Of a stretch of 64,000 nucleotides of DNA, positions 14,817 to 28,554 are shown piece by piece (the stretch's first letter is position 1; the number at the start of each line of letters is the position of its first letter). Below the pieces are notes generated by a model that was not told the DNA's origin, did no database searches, and worked only from the letters and a program-made list of their open reading frames with translations. Origin of the DNA: Eledone cirrhosa (Eukaryota); the NCBI GenBank assembly GCA_964016885.1, contig OZ024741.1, positions 134,912,001 to 134,976,000 on the forward strand. Reading direction: 5' to 3'. The position numbers and the translations under genes are program-made.

Positions 14817-15319
14817 CAGTACAATTGACAGAATATGGACCTCTTAGACAAAAGGCCATCTTCTCACCTGGCGGATAATTGAGATTCTTCTACAAAATGT
14901 TTGAAATAGAATATCTATTAGAACATTCTTAATACGAAGTTGAATATATATTACTGCCGAATGAAAACAAATTATTTAAGTTCATAAAGGTTAATACAAA
15001 TATTATATGGTTTCACAATATGATAAACTATCGTTTCTTAGAAGTACATTTTCATATATTTTAAGTTTAAATGTTTGGACATAAAAGAAAGGAAAGGAGC
15101 CGATCATCAGATCAGACCAAGAAAACAATTGGTCTTTCTATTGCTGATACTATCTGCCGGTTTGTCATACCTTGAACATATATTGTTAAAAGAAAATAGC
15201 CAATCATCAGATCGGACCAAGGAAACAATGTTTCTATTGGTATTTCAATTGCTGATACTATTTTCTGATCATAACTCCTGGCAGGAGGTGATGGGATTTG
15301 GGCTCAGAAGACAAAGAAC

Positions 15320-15455
15320 AGTAGATTGGCAGAATCAGTAGAACACCGGACAAAATACTTTGTAATATTTGTTCAATCTTTTTACGTTCTTACTTCAATT
15401 CCATCTAGTTCAACTTTGCCTTTATTCTTTCGGTGTCGACAAAATAAAGTACCAC
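15320..15455 (+). mobile_element. SINE with Meta-like domain
   Basis: ttggcagaatcagtagaacaccggacaaaatac...caactttgcctttattctttcggtgtcgacaaaataaagtacca. Further decayed SINE pieces at ~15630-15720 and ~15870-15985 (minus). Confidence 0.65.
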
Positions 15456-17229
15456 CGACCCCAAGTTCCTTGCCTTGTACTCAAATTAGAAGCAATTATT
15501 TTTCTCCTTGTCTGGAAACATCATATTTATACTAGATTGAAAAAATTAATCATTTTTAATACTAGCACAAGGTAAAAAGTTTAAATGGGGTGCAGAGAAG
15601 GGGGGTCAGTTGATTAAATCCTCTTCGGTATTTAACATTATTTTATCGATCTCTAAAAGATGAAAGATTAAGTTGATCTCAGCGAGGTTTGAGTTCCGAA
15701 AGTAAAGAGTCAATCCACCAAAATACCGTGAAATGATAGTCTTACTATGAAATCAAATGAAAAAAATTATCGTTCATACTAAATGCAGATTTAGTTAATT
15801 TACTAGAAGGTTGCGTTTCATAGAATGTTTATTGGGTGCTTTAATGATAGGGTCTTCACTCCTATCATGAAAAACAACGTCAAATGAAGTGACGTGCTCA
15901 AGAAAACAACGTACAACCCAGTCGAGGAATTAGAAGTTACGACCATGCTTGTGAATCCAATACGTTAACCATTAGGCCACGCACTTTTTATTATTCTCCC
16001 TCATTGCTCTGTGTATAAGATGAAATAATTTCTCGGAACAGTATATATATCACAAATGGAATAAATTAATAATGAAAAGGCAAAAAAGTGTTATCAATAT
16101 TTCGTTTATATACACATAAGTATGAATGAATTATTTTTTTGTTATATATTGTATTTTCTTCGAATGACATTTACCTAAGACAGATTGGAAGGCAACTAAG
16201 AATAGTATCACGTTACTATATACGCTATTTCTTGCATTAGCGAAACGCTAAACATCAACAGCTTACTCAATAGTCAAATTATCAATGAATTGCACAAATG
16301 AGGGGTTATTGTTATCAATAGCTTAAGAGCACATTTGTTGATAGTTAAGATATATTAGTACTAAACATTGGAGAGAGGAAAAGCGAATGGGAAGAAGAAG
16401 AGAGAGTGAGAGAGAATCTGATGTGCAAATATGATTCACGTGTATACGGGGATGGTTCAAAGATTATACATTTTATTTCAAAACGGCGGTTCTTCTTTAG
16501 AAGCGCATTTTATTGCTTATCTAGGACATAACAGCTTGAATCTGTTTTATTGACGGTACGGAATAGTAATAGTAGAAGTAATAATAATAATATTAATAAT
16601 AGTAATAACAACAACAACAACACAGACGCAACCCAGTTTAGCCATTTAGTTCTTATTCTAGACGTCTTAAGTGTAACCATACTACTTGTGCACCATCATG
16701 GATTAATATTCATTCATTTATTTATGTATTGATTTATGTACTTATTTTCTACTTTACAATAAGTTTCCGAAATAACAGTATTCAGAATTTCGGAGTAACG
16801 GAAAATCCAGGCTAAAGGCACTTTTGAAAGAAAGGAAAACTGCTGCGAATGTGTTCCGTCATTTCTATAATATACTATTTCTTTTCTTATTCAAAAATGT
16901 TTAACTCATCTTTTTAGTTAAATTTCTAAATGGACATTTAGCAGCTAACGGTGGGGTATTCATTATAATCTACATGCATACATATACACATACACACATT
17001 ATTCCAGCCAAGAAAATCGACTAAATGTCCCCAAATGGATAGCTGATGATTGGATTTGTTTATTTCTCTTTTGTTCTGTTTTCCCTTGCTTCTTTTTTAG
17101 TGCCACAGTCTCTGTTCGCCTTCTTAACATATGGTGCTACTTATATATATATATTAGTATTGGTGCTCTGTATTATCGATGTATGCATAAATGTATGTAT
17201 AGTATATTGTCAAATATACTATACATACA

Positions 17230-17290
<61 letters not shown>

Positions 17291-18829
17291 GTGTGTGTGT
17301 GCGTGTGTTTGTATTTCTTCATCCAAGTGTTTACTCATACACGATTAGAGACATTTCAAAGACAAAATTCATATTATTGACTGCCAGAAGCCACCTCTTA
17401 ACTTAAATTTCTCAGAGATTAATTATATAAATACCAGTAATATATTTAAATATATTAAGTCTTCACACCTATGCATGTTTAGTACTAATAAAAATACATG
17501 TTTTCTTAAGAATTTATTATAGTTGTTATATTTGACCGGATTCGCTTCATCAAACGCATCGCTTCATAAAACACATGCATTTATAATACATTAAAATCCA
17601 TATTTATCTCTCATCTTAAACTGAATTATGAAATAAAATATGATTGTTTATGAAATACAAAATTCAATTAATTTTATGTTTAATTTAATTAATTTTATGC
17701 ATAATATCTATTAACCTAATTTATGAATAATTTGAATTATTTTAGACGATAATTGCTAGATTTTCCACTGGTGCAGTAAGTATTGTATATTAATGAATAA
17801 AACTGGTAAACAATGCTTAAATTAGTATGTTAGGCATATATACATGCATATAATAGTGAATATTGATGGTACATGCAACAATTAATCGGAAACTATCGGA
17901 AAACTCCGAGTATCTAAGAAAACATATGCTGAGTTGCCATGTATTTCAAGTAATAGACACACACACACACTCACACATATATGCGCATACACAAAAACGA
18001 ACGCATACATACGCCCCGATATATTTAGGACACTTGTATGGCAGAATAGTTACGGGGTCATAAAAATGTACGGCTGTATTTGTTCTGACTCTTACGGTTT
18101 TTTTTCAAATTCCATTAGGGCAACCTTCCATTTTCCCTCTCCGGGGTTGATAAAAGAAATACCAGTGAAATACTGGGTATTATTCCCATTTGTCTATTAG
18201 AATCGATTAGCAGAAAAACCACCCTTCGAGTGGTTTTCTGTTAGCATGTGTAGTGTGCATATTGATATTAAACGCAAGTATATATAATTCATGTAGATAT
18301 GATACATCAAATAAAATCGTAATTGACAATATACACAGAAATTGAACGAAGACTGCGTTACACTCTCGTATGTAATCAGTAACATAATCCATGATACATT
18401 AAAAAAAGACGATATTATATGTAAACTGCATTAGGAGAAAATTAGTGGCGGAAATATATGAATGTTTATTTAAGCGATCGCTAACCGGAAGTGTTGACAT
18501 TTGAAAATTTTAAAGAAGTGAATCTTTAAATAAGTAATAAAAAATATTTAATCAACAGCTACGAAATTTAGTAGATAAATTATGTAATATTCATTCATTA
18601 TTTTTTCAAAGTAATCCAACTTATTTTACTAACTGGATTAAAAGAAATAAACCGTACGCAGTTCCGCACTCCTTACTTTATTATAGTTTAGATTATGTTT
18701 CTATGCGACAAAGAAATGTGTGACCTCTCACAATAAACATTTATTCCAACTATATAGTACTTGAAGAACATGGTTGACTAGGTTATAGCAGAGTTTAGCA
18801 TATGATGATGATAATGGCATAATATTTAT

Positions 18830-19475
18830 TGGACCTCCGTCGCTTACGACGATGAGTGTTCCAGTTGATGCAACCAACAGAACTGCCTTCTCGTGAAGTG
18901 GCTGAAAATTCCACAGACGCGTGTACACTGAACATAACTCTTGGGGAAATTCAACGTGACACAATGTGTGGCAAGGCTTGCCATGTGAATTACAGATACA
19001 TCACATTTTTTCCAGCTGAATTGACTGAAGTAACGCGGGAAAAAAATATCTTGTTTAAGGTCCCAATACGCCACTCGGTCCAGAAATCGAACTCAGGACT
19101 TAATGATAGACCTTTGAACTACATCATTTTAGATAACGAGTGGCCCATTTGAAGTGATCAACAGAACAGCCTGCGCAGGATATTAACTAGTAAGTGTACA
19201 ATAAACGCAGTTCTCAGGGAGATTCAGCGCGAGAAAGTGTAACAAATTACAGCTACAGCTCAGTTTTCCCCAGCTGAGTGAGTGGACTAGAGCAACATGA
19301 AATAAAATAAAATGACACAACGCGCCGTCCAGGAATTGAACTTACGACCTTACGATCGTTGTTAGACCTGCGTCGGTTTCGTCAACGAGTGATTCCAATT
19401 TATGCGACCATAACGCGCCGCCCCATTCGAGAATCGAACTTACACCAATCTAACCACTAAACCAAGCGCCTTCAC
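18830..19475 (-). mobile_element. Cluster of 2-3 nested/tandem tRNA-derived SINE copies
   Basis: Repeated cagctgagtg..gactggagcaac..gaaataaa and gaatcgaact (reverse B-box); ends ctaaccactaaaccaagcgccttcac. Confidence 0.7.
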
Positions 19476-19769
19476 AATGTTATAGTAATACCTACACAAA
19501 GAAATACTGAGTGAATGTGCGAGTTCTTTGTGGGGGAAATTAATTTTCTTGAAACTGTTTTAATCGTTAAGCTCTGTATATATTGTATACATAAAAAAAA
19601 TCTGTAATTATTTAAAATAAAATAGCAGCTAAGTAATTATACAATTGAAGAATTAAAATAAGATTATAATAATCCTTTAGAATTGTTATTTGTAATTAGG
19701 TTGATCAATAAAATACAATTGTAAACAGTTATACAAATGTATATAGGACATAAAAAACTGTATAACATT

Positions 19770-20050
19770 ACGTGGCTTAATGGTTAGCGTGTTCGACTCA
19801 GAATCTCAATGTGTTAGATTCTCAGATTGGGTTGTGCGTTGTGTCCTTCAACAAGGTACTTTATTTCATGTTGCTTCAGTCCATTCAGATGGAAAAAAAG
19901 GTATTGTACCTGTAATTGAAAGGGCCAGATTTGTCTCCCTGAGAACTAAGCTAAGAGTGCATGTGTTGTGGAGGTCTCAGAATAGGTACAGAATAGGGCA
20001 TGTTAAAATTTTAGACCTCATATTGAAGCAGTCATTAATGCTAACGACAG
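19770..20050 (+). mobile_element. tRNA-derived SINE (plus strand, decayed)
   Basis: cgtggcttaatggttagcgtgttcgactca...gcgttgtgtcctt...ctttatttcatgttgcttcagtcca. Confidence 0.6.
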
Positions 20051-21090
20051 ATTAATTCAGTTGATGCGCCCAGAAGAGTCTTAAGATTATTGAAGCCAAT
20101 GTTTTTCATGTCTTATGCGTCTTTTGCTAAATTCATGAAAATGTCCCCAAAGAACTGGGCTTCTGCAGTTTCCGTTTACTAAACTACAATCAGAAGGTAT
20201 TGGCCAACCCTAGGTGTTAGTAGACGACACTTGCTCAAGGTGCCACGCAGCGGGTAGCCAGAAACGGGACAGAACTCAGATTCACGTGGTTGCGAAGCGA
20301 ACTCCTTGAGATAAAAATAATACTAATAAAAAAAATACTGATACATTTGAACTAGTCTAAACTAAACGGTACATTCTTAAATTAATCCGATTTTACTTGA
20401 GAACTGCGAAGAATCGAGAATGAAGTGTGCCAAATGACAGAGTAGATTCATTGAAACGGCTATTTCTTGCACTAGATTTTTGATTGACACCACATCAACA
20501 CGAGTTGTTCTCATAAAGCAGATAAAGATTTTTTTTTCTTTTCCGAAAGGAGAAACAAACAGAAATAAATAGATATTGATAGTTAGTCAGTGACCTTTTG
20601 TAATTATAATCTGTTAGAATTTGATAAAAGATAAATGATAAGATAAAATCGATTGGTTTTAGTGGGTTAAAACTTCGTGAAAATATTTTGACGATGAGAT
20701 GAAAAGTGAACAACGGTAATTATATGAGAGTGAAAAAAAAAAAAAAATAGTACCACCTCCTAAAAATACTGAAAAAAAAAAAAAAATGCTCAGAATAAAT
20801 CGAATCAGTATAAATAATATTGATTCTGCTTAGCAAAAAGAAAATTGGCGACTGCAAACATACTGCAATCACATTGAATGGAGAATGGAAATAAAAGAAG
20901 AAAGCTGATTAAAAAGCAGCCATGTTTTTTTTTTATCAATACAACTCTATGAATGCAGACGATAAGTTTATAAACTTAAACATTTTGCTACAATTATTCA
21001 ATTTTCACCTGATAACGTAAAAATATGAGTGCCAACAAGTCAAGGGGAGGATTGTTTAACTTTATGGGTGCTTATATGTTAGAACCAGCG

Positions 21091-21594
21091 CCTGGGTATT
21101 TAGTGCCTTAGGCCAGCTCTACAGTGTGCACCTGGTTATTTAGTGCCCTTAGCTAGCTCCACAATGTGCACATGGGTATTTAATGCTCTAGGTTAGCTCA
21201 ACAATATGTACCTGGGAATTTAGTGCTCTAAGCTATCTCTACACTGTACATTGAACCTAAGTATTTAGCACTCTAGGCCAGCTCTACAAAGTGTGCCTCG
21301 GTATTTAGCACCTTAGGCTGGCACTACAATGAGTGTCTGGGTATTTAGTTCTCCAGGATAGTTCTACAATATACACATGGATATTTAGCGGCCAAAGCTA
21401 ACTCTACAACGTGTGCCTGAAGTTAGCTTTTCAACGTATCACTGGGTATTTAGTGCCCTAAGCTAGCTCTTCAAAATACCCCTTGGTACTTAGTGCCCTA
21501 GGCTAACCCTACAATGTGTATCTGGGTATTTGGCACCCCAAACTGGTCCTACAATGTGTACTCGGGTCTTGGGCACCTTAGGTTAGCTCTACAA
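21091..21594. repeat. 40-bp minisatellite, ~12 diverged copies
   Basis: Unit cctgggtatttagtgccctaggctagctctacaatgtgca; starts at 21091, 21131, 21171... Confidence 0.92.
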
Positions 21595-22029
21595 TAATTT
21601 CAACTTAAAGTTAGGTCAGCGGATAAATTTTGTTTTTGACACTTCTTGCTCTGACCACACTAAGAAAATAACTTTCTGAATCTTCCCCTACGAAGTCCAC
21701 ACTTACCCACGGCAAATCATGTGACTCTTTCAAACGCTTTGGATATTTCCACAACAATATGAGACGCGGCAAAGATGTTTAGCGATTTATTTCTTGATTG
21801 CAGGAAACTATTGTATAGCTAATTTAATCATACAAATTTGAATACTGCGCCCATCCGAAGTTTGTGCATTAAGCTGCTGTCTACTTGGCCTTAATAATTG
21901 TGCCAGGTCTATTTTCTCATTTGCTATCGAAACGGTAATGTTCGGACAGAAACGCCTTATAGTATCGACACTACTTTTCTTTAAAGTAAAGAATACTAAG
22001 TTGAACAGTGGTCTTATTGATCTTGCCAT

Positions 22030-22247
<218 letters not shown>

Positions 22248-22458
22248 CTGGGATGGACACACGCGTATAACTTGCTGAGTAAGTTCTGTTTAAATTTCTA
22301 TAGAAATTCTTGTCTGATAACTTTAATTTTTGTACCATTTTGTAGAGGGACTGCCAGGTCAAACTTTGATCTGGTCAGTCTCTCAAAATATTCTACGCCT
22401 TTAGGCGAAATAGTTAAAAAAAAAGTTTTTTCTTGTTGAAAAGTCAATATTTTTTTAA

Positions 22459-24234
22459 ATGGCCGAAGCTTCTTCACCAAAATTCGAAGGAGGAAAGGGG
22501 AAGATGAACTTACAGCTTCCCCCTGCCACTGTCACAGTAGCAGAGGTCAAGAAGATAGGTCAGCCAGAGGAAGAATTCTCTCCACCTGTTAACCGACAAC
22601 TTGACGTTGCCATGGCAACAACCCAAAGAACCAGCAGCAACAGCAACAACAACAACAATGCGACGGACGAAAACAACACCAATAACAATAACAATAACAA
22701 CAACAAGACCAATAACGGTGACAACAACAACAATGATAACAACAACACCACCAACGACAACAACAACACAAACAAACAAAATTTCTCCTTCGCCGAGACG
22801 ACAAGGAAAACCCTCGACTATCTGCCAGTAGATATAACAAAAGCGAAGGAGCTACTGGCGGATGCGAAAAAATATATAGTGTACGGGGAAAATGGTTCAT
22901 TCACAATCCATTCCCCCCCGGAACTAAAAAGCCAGAGACTCCTAAACACGGTCATGTTTAGGACAATCTCGAACAAAAGTAAAAAACCAGCTCAACCATC
23001 ACAGAGCGAGATAGAGCTGGTTTTAAAAGACGTCATGAAGGACATCACCTTCATTCAGAAGGATAGACTCTACGGGAGTCTATCCATTCTCATGAAGGAC
23101 AGGGACACAGCAGTGAAACTGTCCATCAAACCAATCACATCCACCGCATACACCTACCCTACGTACATGGGTAGAAGAACACAAAAAATAAAAATCCACA
23201 CCATCCTGCCGATTATGGACATATGGTGGGTTTTGACAGGTTTTCTGGACCTGGAGGATGACATGCTGGTGTCCATGGGAAAGGCATCGGGTGACGCGTT
23301 CAGTGGAACCAGCCTCGAACTTGTAGTTCAAATGAGGCCCGAAAGGATCGCCCAGATCCCTGAACGCGTCATACTGGATGATCTAACCTTCATCAACATT
23401 ACCGTTGAGGGTAGACGGCCCTCGTGTTACCTCTGCGGAACCAGAGGTCACCTGAGGGCTGTCTGTCCCCAACTTAATAAGAAAACCCCAATCCTGCCTA
23501 CACCACCAACAACTGCACAACCACCACAACTACCACTACAAAAACAACCACCACAGCTCAAACCAAAACAAAACAATGTCCAACCCATCCCCTCCACTCA
23601 AAAAACAAAAACAATTTCCAAAACACCCGTACCGCAAACACAACCCGAAAATATACCCCTCCCCTCCAACGCGGAAGATGACCCTAGTTCGTCGTCAGAC
23701 GAGGAGGAGCACTTCCACACAATCAAAAGAAAAAAAAGAAAACACACCTCAGACACACAAATGAAAAAAACCCCTCCCCAAAACATAACACTGACACCAA
23801 CACAAAAGAGCTCACAACAGCAAACAAAAAACACCACACAAAAACAAAAACATGCATACACATACATAAATACAAGAAACAAAAAACTGTTAAACATTGT
23901 GTACAACAACAATCTAATAAAAACACAAGGGCCTAACTTCACCCAGGCAGGGGATTTCCCCCACCTCAAAATGATTAAGGCCCCACAGGACACCTATAAA
24001 ACTTTAAAAAACAATTTTAAAGAGGACGTGGGTCCCCCCTGCGTCGGGCCCATTAACCGCGTCCTCCTAAAAAACTATCCCACCCCCTCCCCAAACACCC
24101 TCACAACTCCAAGCTCCCCAACCACACAACACACTGATGCCCCCACACTTCCACAAACCACCACCCCACCCAACAACCCATCCCCCACCCTAATGGAAAT
24201 TGTGCAGCCCGATACCCGGGACGCAGAGAGGTAA
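22459..24234 (+). CDS. Tx1-type ORF1 (gag-like nucleic-acid-binding protein, 591 aa)
   Basis: Open from ATG to TAA; single CCHC knuckle CYLCGTRGHLRAVC; poly-N and P/T/Q-rich low-complexity tracts; basic KRKKRK. Confidence 0.88.
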   Translation: MAEASSPKFEGGKGKMNLQLPPATVTVAEVKKIGQPEEEFSPPVNRQLDVAMATTQRTSSNSNNNNNATDENNTNNNNNNNNKTNNGDNNNNDNNNTTNDNNNTNKQNFSFAETTRKTLDYLPVDITKAKELLADAKKYIVYGENGSFTIHSPPELKSQRLLNTVMFRTISNKSKKPAQPSQSEIELVLKDVMKDITFIQKDRLYGSLSILMKDRDTAVKLSIKPITSTAYTYPTYMGRRTQKIKIHTILPIMDIWWVLTGFLDLEDDMLVSMGKASGDAFSGTSLELVVQMRPERIAQIPERVILDDLTFINITVEGRRPSCYLCGTRGHLRAVCPQLNKKTPILPTPPTTAQPPQLPLQKQPPQLKPKQNNVQPIPSTQKTKTISKTPVPQTQPENIPLPSNAEDDPSSSSDEEEHFHTIKRKKRKHTSDTQMKKTPPQNITLTPTQKSSQQQTKNTTQKQKHAYTYINTRNKKLLNIVYNNNLIKTQGPNFTQAGDFPHLKMIKAPQDTYKTLKNNFKEDVGPPCVGPINRVLLKNYPTPSPNTLTTPSSPTTQHTDAPTLPQTTTPPNNPSPTLMEIVQPDTRDAER

Positions 24235-24258
24235 GTGCCTTTTCTCTTCACCACCAAC

Positions 24259-27200
24259 ATGGCTATGCTAAGAGTAGGCTGTTTAAATGCGCGTGGCCTG
24301 GGCTCAACTTGGAAGCAAGCAATGCTTCTAAATGACCTCAGGTCACAACGTATAGATGTGATGGTTATTTGCGAGGCCCGGATCAGCAACGTGCGACAGC
24401 TGGCCCCCGCCTTTGATGACTTTGAGATGCACGCATCTCTCTGTCAGCCCGGAGGTGGGGGTGGAGTTGTCGTTCTGCTGCAAAAACATCTGGGTCTCGC
24501 AACACAGATGGTACATTTGGACCCGGAGGGTCGACTAGTGGTTCTGGACCTTGGCAGCGGTAAAGGCGGAGCGTTTAGGTTGGTAGCCGCCTACGGCCCT
24601 TTCGGGTCAATGCGGCCGGACTTCTTCCATCGTCTGGAGACTTTTCTAGGGACGTCCCGCTCCTTGCTATTAGTGGGGGACTGGAATGGTATCCTAGATG
24701 CACGCTGGGACTACGTAGGGGCCTGCCCCGATAGAGAGGGGTGTAATAGCCTCAAAGGGATAATCGGTCGATTTGACCTGGCCGATAGATATCGACTAGA
24801 TTTTCCGACTGCGCCAACCTGGACTTGGGCAAATCGTAGCGGATCATCTAGGTCGTACCTAGATAGGTTCTTAGTTAGAATTAAGGATAAGGACTTTTTA
24901 AGTTGTCCAAAAATGCGCATTGTTGGCTATTCAGACCACAAATTAGTGACCTGCATGGTCAACCTTGACAGAACTCATAGACAGGGCCCCGGTTACTGGA
25001 AGCTCAACTTGTCCTTGCCGGCAAGTAGAGCCTACAGGAATCGGATTAGTACGTTAGTTAAGGAACGGTTGACTGGAGCGATCGTCAACAGCAGGTGGTG
25101 GGTATCTCTAAAGAGAGAGATTAGAGTAGTCTCGATAGAATTTAGTAAGGTTCTAGCTGCGGATAGGAATAGGAAGGAAAGGGAGCTAATAGATAGAGTA
25201 GAAGAGGCAATTAGAAGCGGCGACGTGGCCAGAGTGCTAGCGTCGAGAACGGCTTTGAGCCAGTTTTTCGACGCGAAGCACGAAGGCTGCGTTGTCCGAA
25301 GTAAAATACGTGCTCTAGGGAACGAGGGGACCAAAGCTGTTAGCTGGGCCCGCGTGACAGAGGCCAACAGTGGAACTAAATCCACCATCCGGTCTTTGCG
25401 AGACCTGGATGGACGGGCGATTCTTGAGCCTAAGCAGATGTGTGAGGCCTTTCAAAGGCACTTTGCCCGACTGTTCGGGAGGGGCGGTGAGCCGGTTGGG
25501 AACGTGGACTTCGGTCCATACCTCGACGGCCTGCCGCGCCTCTCGGACAGGGAGGCGAAGTCCTGCGAGGAGCCGATTTCGGCCGCTGAGATAGAGGACG
25601 TGCTGAGCCAATGCGGCAAACGCAAATCCCCGGGTCTCGATGGTCTTCCTTACGAATTATATCTAGCTATGCCGGACTTGTTCCCCGATCTCCTCGAGGC
25701 GGTCTACTGCAACTGGCAACAGAACGGGAGAATTCCCTGTACTGTGACCAAGGGCGTAGTCACGCTAGTGAGGAAGGACGAGAACAAGGGGGACGAAATA
25801 AGTAACTCCAGGCCCATAACACTGCTAAATACAGAGTTACAGATTTTGGCCAAGGTGCTAGCAAAGAGGTTGGCGCTTGTCGTGGGAAACCTGGTGGGAG
25901 ATGCGCAGACATGCGCTATCCCGTCCAGGTCCATCCATGACAACCTCCACCTCATGCGATACATCATAGAGAGGGTTGGGAACGAACCCGGCTTTGGTGG
26001 GGCTCTGATCAACTTGGATCAATCTAAGGCGTTCGATAGGGTCGACCATGGTTACCTGGATGCGGTGCTAGCGGCGGCAGGCTTCGGAACCGTTTTCAGG
26101 GGCTGGATCACTGCTATGCACAGCAGCCGCATCTGCTCTAGGGTCAAGGTGAACGGCTACCTCTCGGAGCCGTTCAAAATCGCGCGGTCCATCCGACAAG
26201 GGTGCCCTCTCTCCTCCCTTCTGTATGTGTTGACTCTCGAGCCACTACTGCGGAAGTTGGAGTTGTTGCAGGGCATCCCTTTGGAACCGGGATTGCGGAA
26301 AGCGGTGTCGGCCTACGCCGATGACGTGACAGTAATGGTGTCGACGGCCTCCGAAATCGAGGCGGTCGGCACCTTACTGGAGGAGTACGAAAAGTTCACA
26401 GGGGCTAAGCTGAACCGGGACAAGTCGATCGGTTTGCAACTCGGCACGTGGAGGGGCAGACCGATGCCCTCCGATGGCGTCGTCGGACGCTGGACGGAGG
26501 GCCCGGTGAAGTTGCTCGGGGTCTGGTTCGGACCGGGCCTCCAGGTGGAGAAAAACTGGGCGGAGGTTACGAACAGGGTGTTTGCACTGACCCAGAAGTG
26601 GGCCAGTTGCAAACTATCCCTGAAAGGTCGGGCGGAGGTGGCGAACACCTACATAGCGTCCGTCATCTACTACCGCCTGACCGTAGTGCCCTGCCCAAGG
26701 GAAACGCTCACCAAGATGGAGCGCGCGCTCTTCCAATTCCTTTGGAAGAGGCGGGCTCCTATGGTGAGGAGATCCATCTGCTGTCAACACCCTTCGAAAG
26801 GAGGGCTGGGGATGCCGTGGCTAATGATGCGTAAACACGCATTAAGGCTACGGCACCTCTACGTATTCCTCACCGGACAACCGGTGTGGGCCTCGTTTGT
26901 GAGACGAACCTTTCCCAGACTCGTCTCACTCACCGAGCTGCAATCCTGGGTCAAGCAAAGACCGAGAAAACTGGGCGCCTGGCACACTGAGTGTGCCCAG
27001 GCGCTCACCGCCCTCTGGCAGGCGGATCCGGTTATCAGTGGAGACTCCACCGCAACATTCTATAGAGGGCTGGTGCGCAGCAGGTGCGACGACGCCCTCG
27101 GAGAAGCCCTAGACATGGAGGAGGACGAACTGGCCAGCCTGTTCGGTAGGACATTCAGCCCGGGACCTATGGACAACTTCCAGAAGTCCCTGGCCTGGCA

Positions 27201-27703
27201 GTGCTACCGAGGGGCTTTACCCGTTCGAGAAAGGCTCTACAGACACGGGCGCCCGGGTAGGGACCCCGCCAAAAAGATCTGTCCCAGATGCGTGTGCGAC
27301 GAGGAAACCGTTGCACACGCATTAGTACACTGCTCGGGCGTAGCCGATCTGTGGGGCTATGTCGAACAACTGCTGTCAAGGGTGGGACCGATCCGGTTGA
27401 CCACCGAGTCTATTGTAATGATCAAGCCGCCCCCCCCCCCCCCCCTTCAAAGATGAAGCAGAGGCGGTGTTTCTGTGCGTAATAGCCATGGCGAAAGAGG
27501 TTGTATGGTGGACGCGTCTGAAAGGACTGAGGTCGGGCACCTTTCTCTCTGGCCAACAACTGGTCCGTTTCTTCCGATATCATTTCGGAAGAAGGATCAG
27601 GATGGAGAGAGAGGTGCTGCACCCCAGTCGTTTTTATGAAAGGTGGGTGAAAGTGGCGAGAATGGCCCGTGTGAATGGGCCTTCTCTTTACATAAGCCTG
27701 TAG
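24259..27703 (+). CDS. Tx1-type ORF2: AP endonuclease + reverse transcriptase + C-terminal CCHC; one frameshift at a C16 run (27430-27445)
   Basis: CLNARGL, GDWN, LDRFLV, SDH, GPGYWKLN, KSPGLDGLP, LDQSKAFDRV, QGCPLS, YADD, CPRC..ETVAHALVHC. Downstream frame continues KEVVWWTR...FYERW to TAG 27701-27703. Confidence 0.92.
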
Positions 27704-27966
27704 GTGGAAAAGAGGAAGGAACGAGGGAGCACCCCCTCTCTGTGCTCCTGAGGAAAAGGGTTGCACACTTTTTTCGGGGGTGTGTGCGACCCCCCAAGGC
27801 GCCTCCTCTCTATTGAGGATTTTGTTAAAAATTTTATTTTTTGTTATATCTTATTTTATTTTTATATTTTGTTATTGCCTCCTCCTTATTGAGGACGCCT
27901 TTTTGTGTAAACTCCCCCCTTTGTACTTGTCCCACTTTTGATGCCCTAGTGGCAAATAAAAGAAAC

Positions 27967-27967
<1 letters not shown>

Positions 27968-28051
<84 letters not shown>
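27968..28051. repeat. (TATC)14(TGTC)7 array, right flank of Tx1 element
   Basis: Direct reading. Confidence 0.95.
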
Positions 28052-28053
<2 letters not shown>

Positions 28054-28119
28054 CTAACTGAACACACACGTGTTTTTCTAAAAAAGACATTCCAGCCTTC
28101 TCACTCTGTATTTCTTTTA

Positions 28120-28250
28120 CTTCTCATTCTATCTACTGATGAGGACTAACGGTAAAAAACATTAAGACTTTTTTCTTAACAAGCATTAAACTAATATATT
28201 TCTTCATTGCACTGTATTGTTTTGCTATGTTGTTTTCTGTTTCATTTTCA
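28120..28250 (+). mobile_element. PLE-type 3' end (solo pLTR) with decayed hammerhead; related copies at 38965-39115 and 43770-43900
   Basis: Shared CTGATGA-aggac..gtcc-GAAAcgttaagac pattern followed by aaactaatatatttcttcattg..ttgctttgtt in all three copies. Confidence 0.6.
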
Positions 28251-28304
28251 CACACACACACACGCGCGCACATACACACGCACATACACACACACACACA
28301 CGCG

Positions 28305-28356
<52 letters not shown>

Positions 28357-28523
28357 TATATATATACGGCCTTTCCTACTTAATGTAAACAAGTCACGTT
28401 CGAAAATATCGTTCTTTTCACTCTTCACTCTTTCTGGTTGTATATAAAATGTATTTTAATTGCTTTAGAGATATTTTCATTAGATGTTTTATGTTTATAT
28501 ATATATATATATATCAGAAGAGT

Positions 28524-28554
<31 letters not shown>

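Noticed and set aside
14868-14889. 22-nt minus-strand microexon with good splice sites; similar candidates at 43104-43152 (-), ~38150-38320 (-) and ~28596-28680 (+)
   Set aside because: No recognisable protein or consistent exon chain; such motifs arise by chance in AT-rich DNA. Needs RNA-seq.
15098-15262. Direct duplication containing CTGATGA and GAAA on the minus strand
   Set aside because: No room for stem I; treated as a local ~100-bp duplication.
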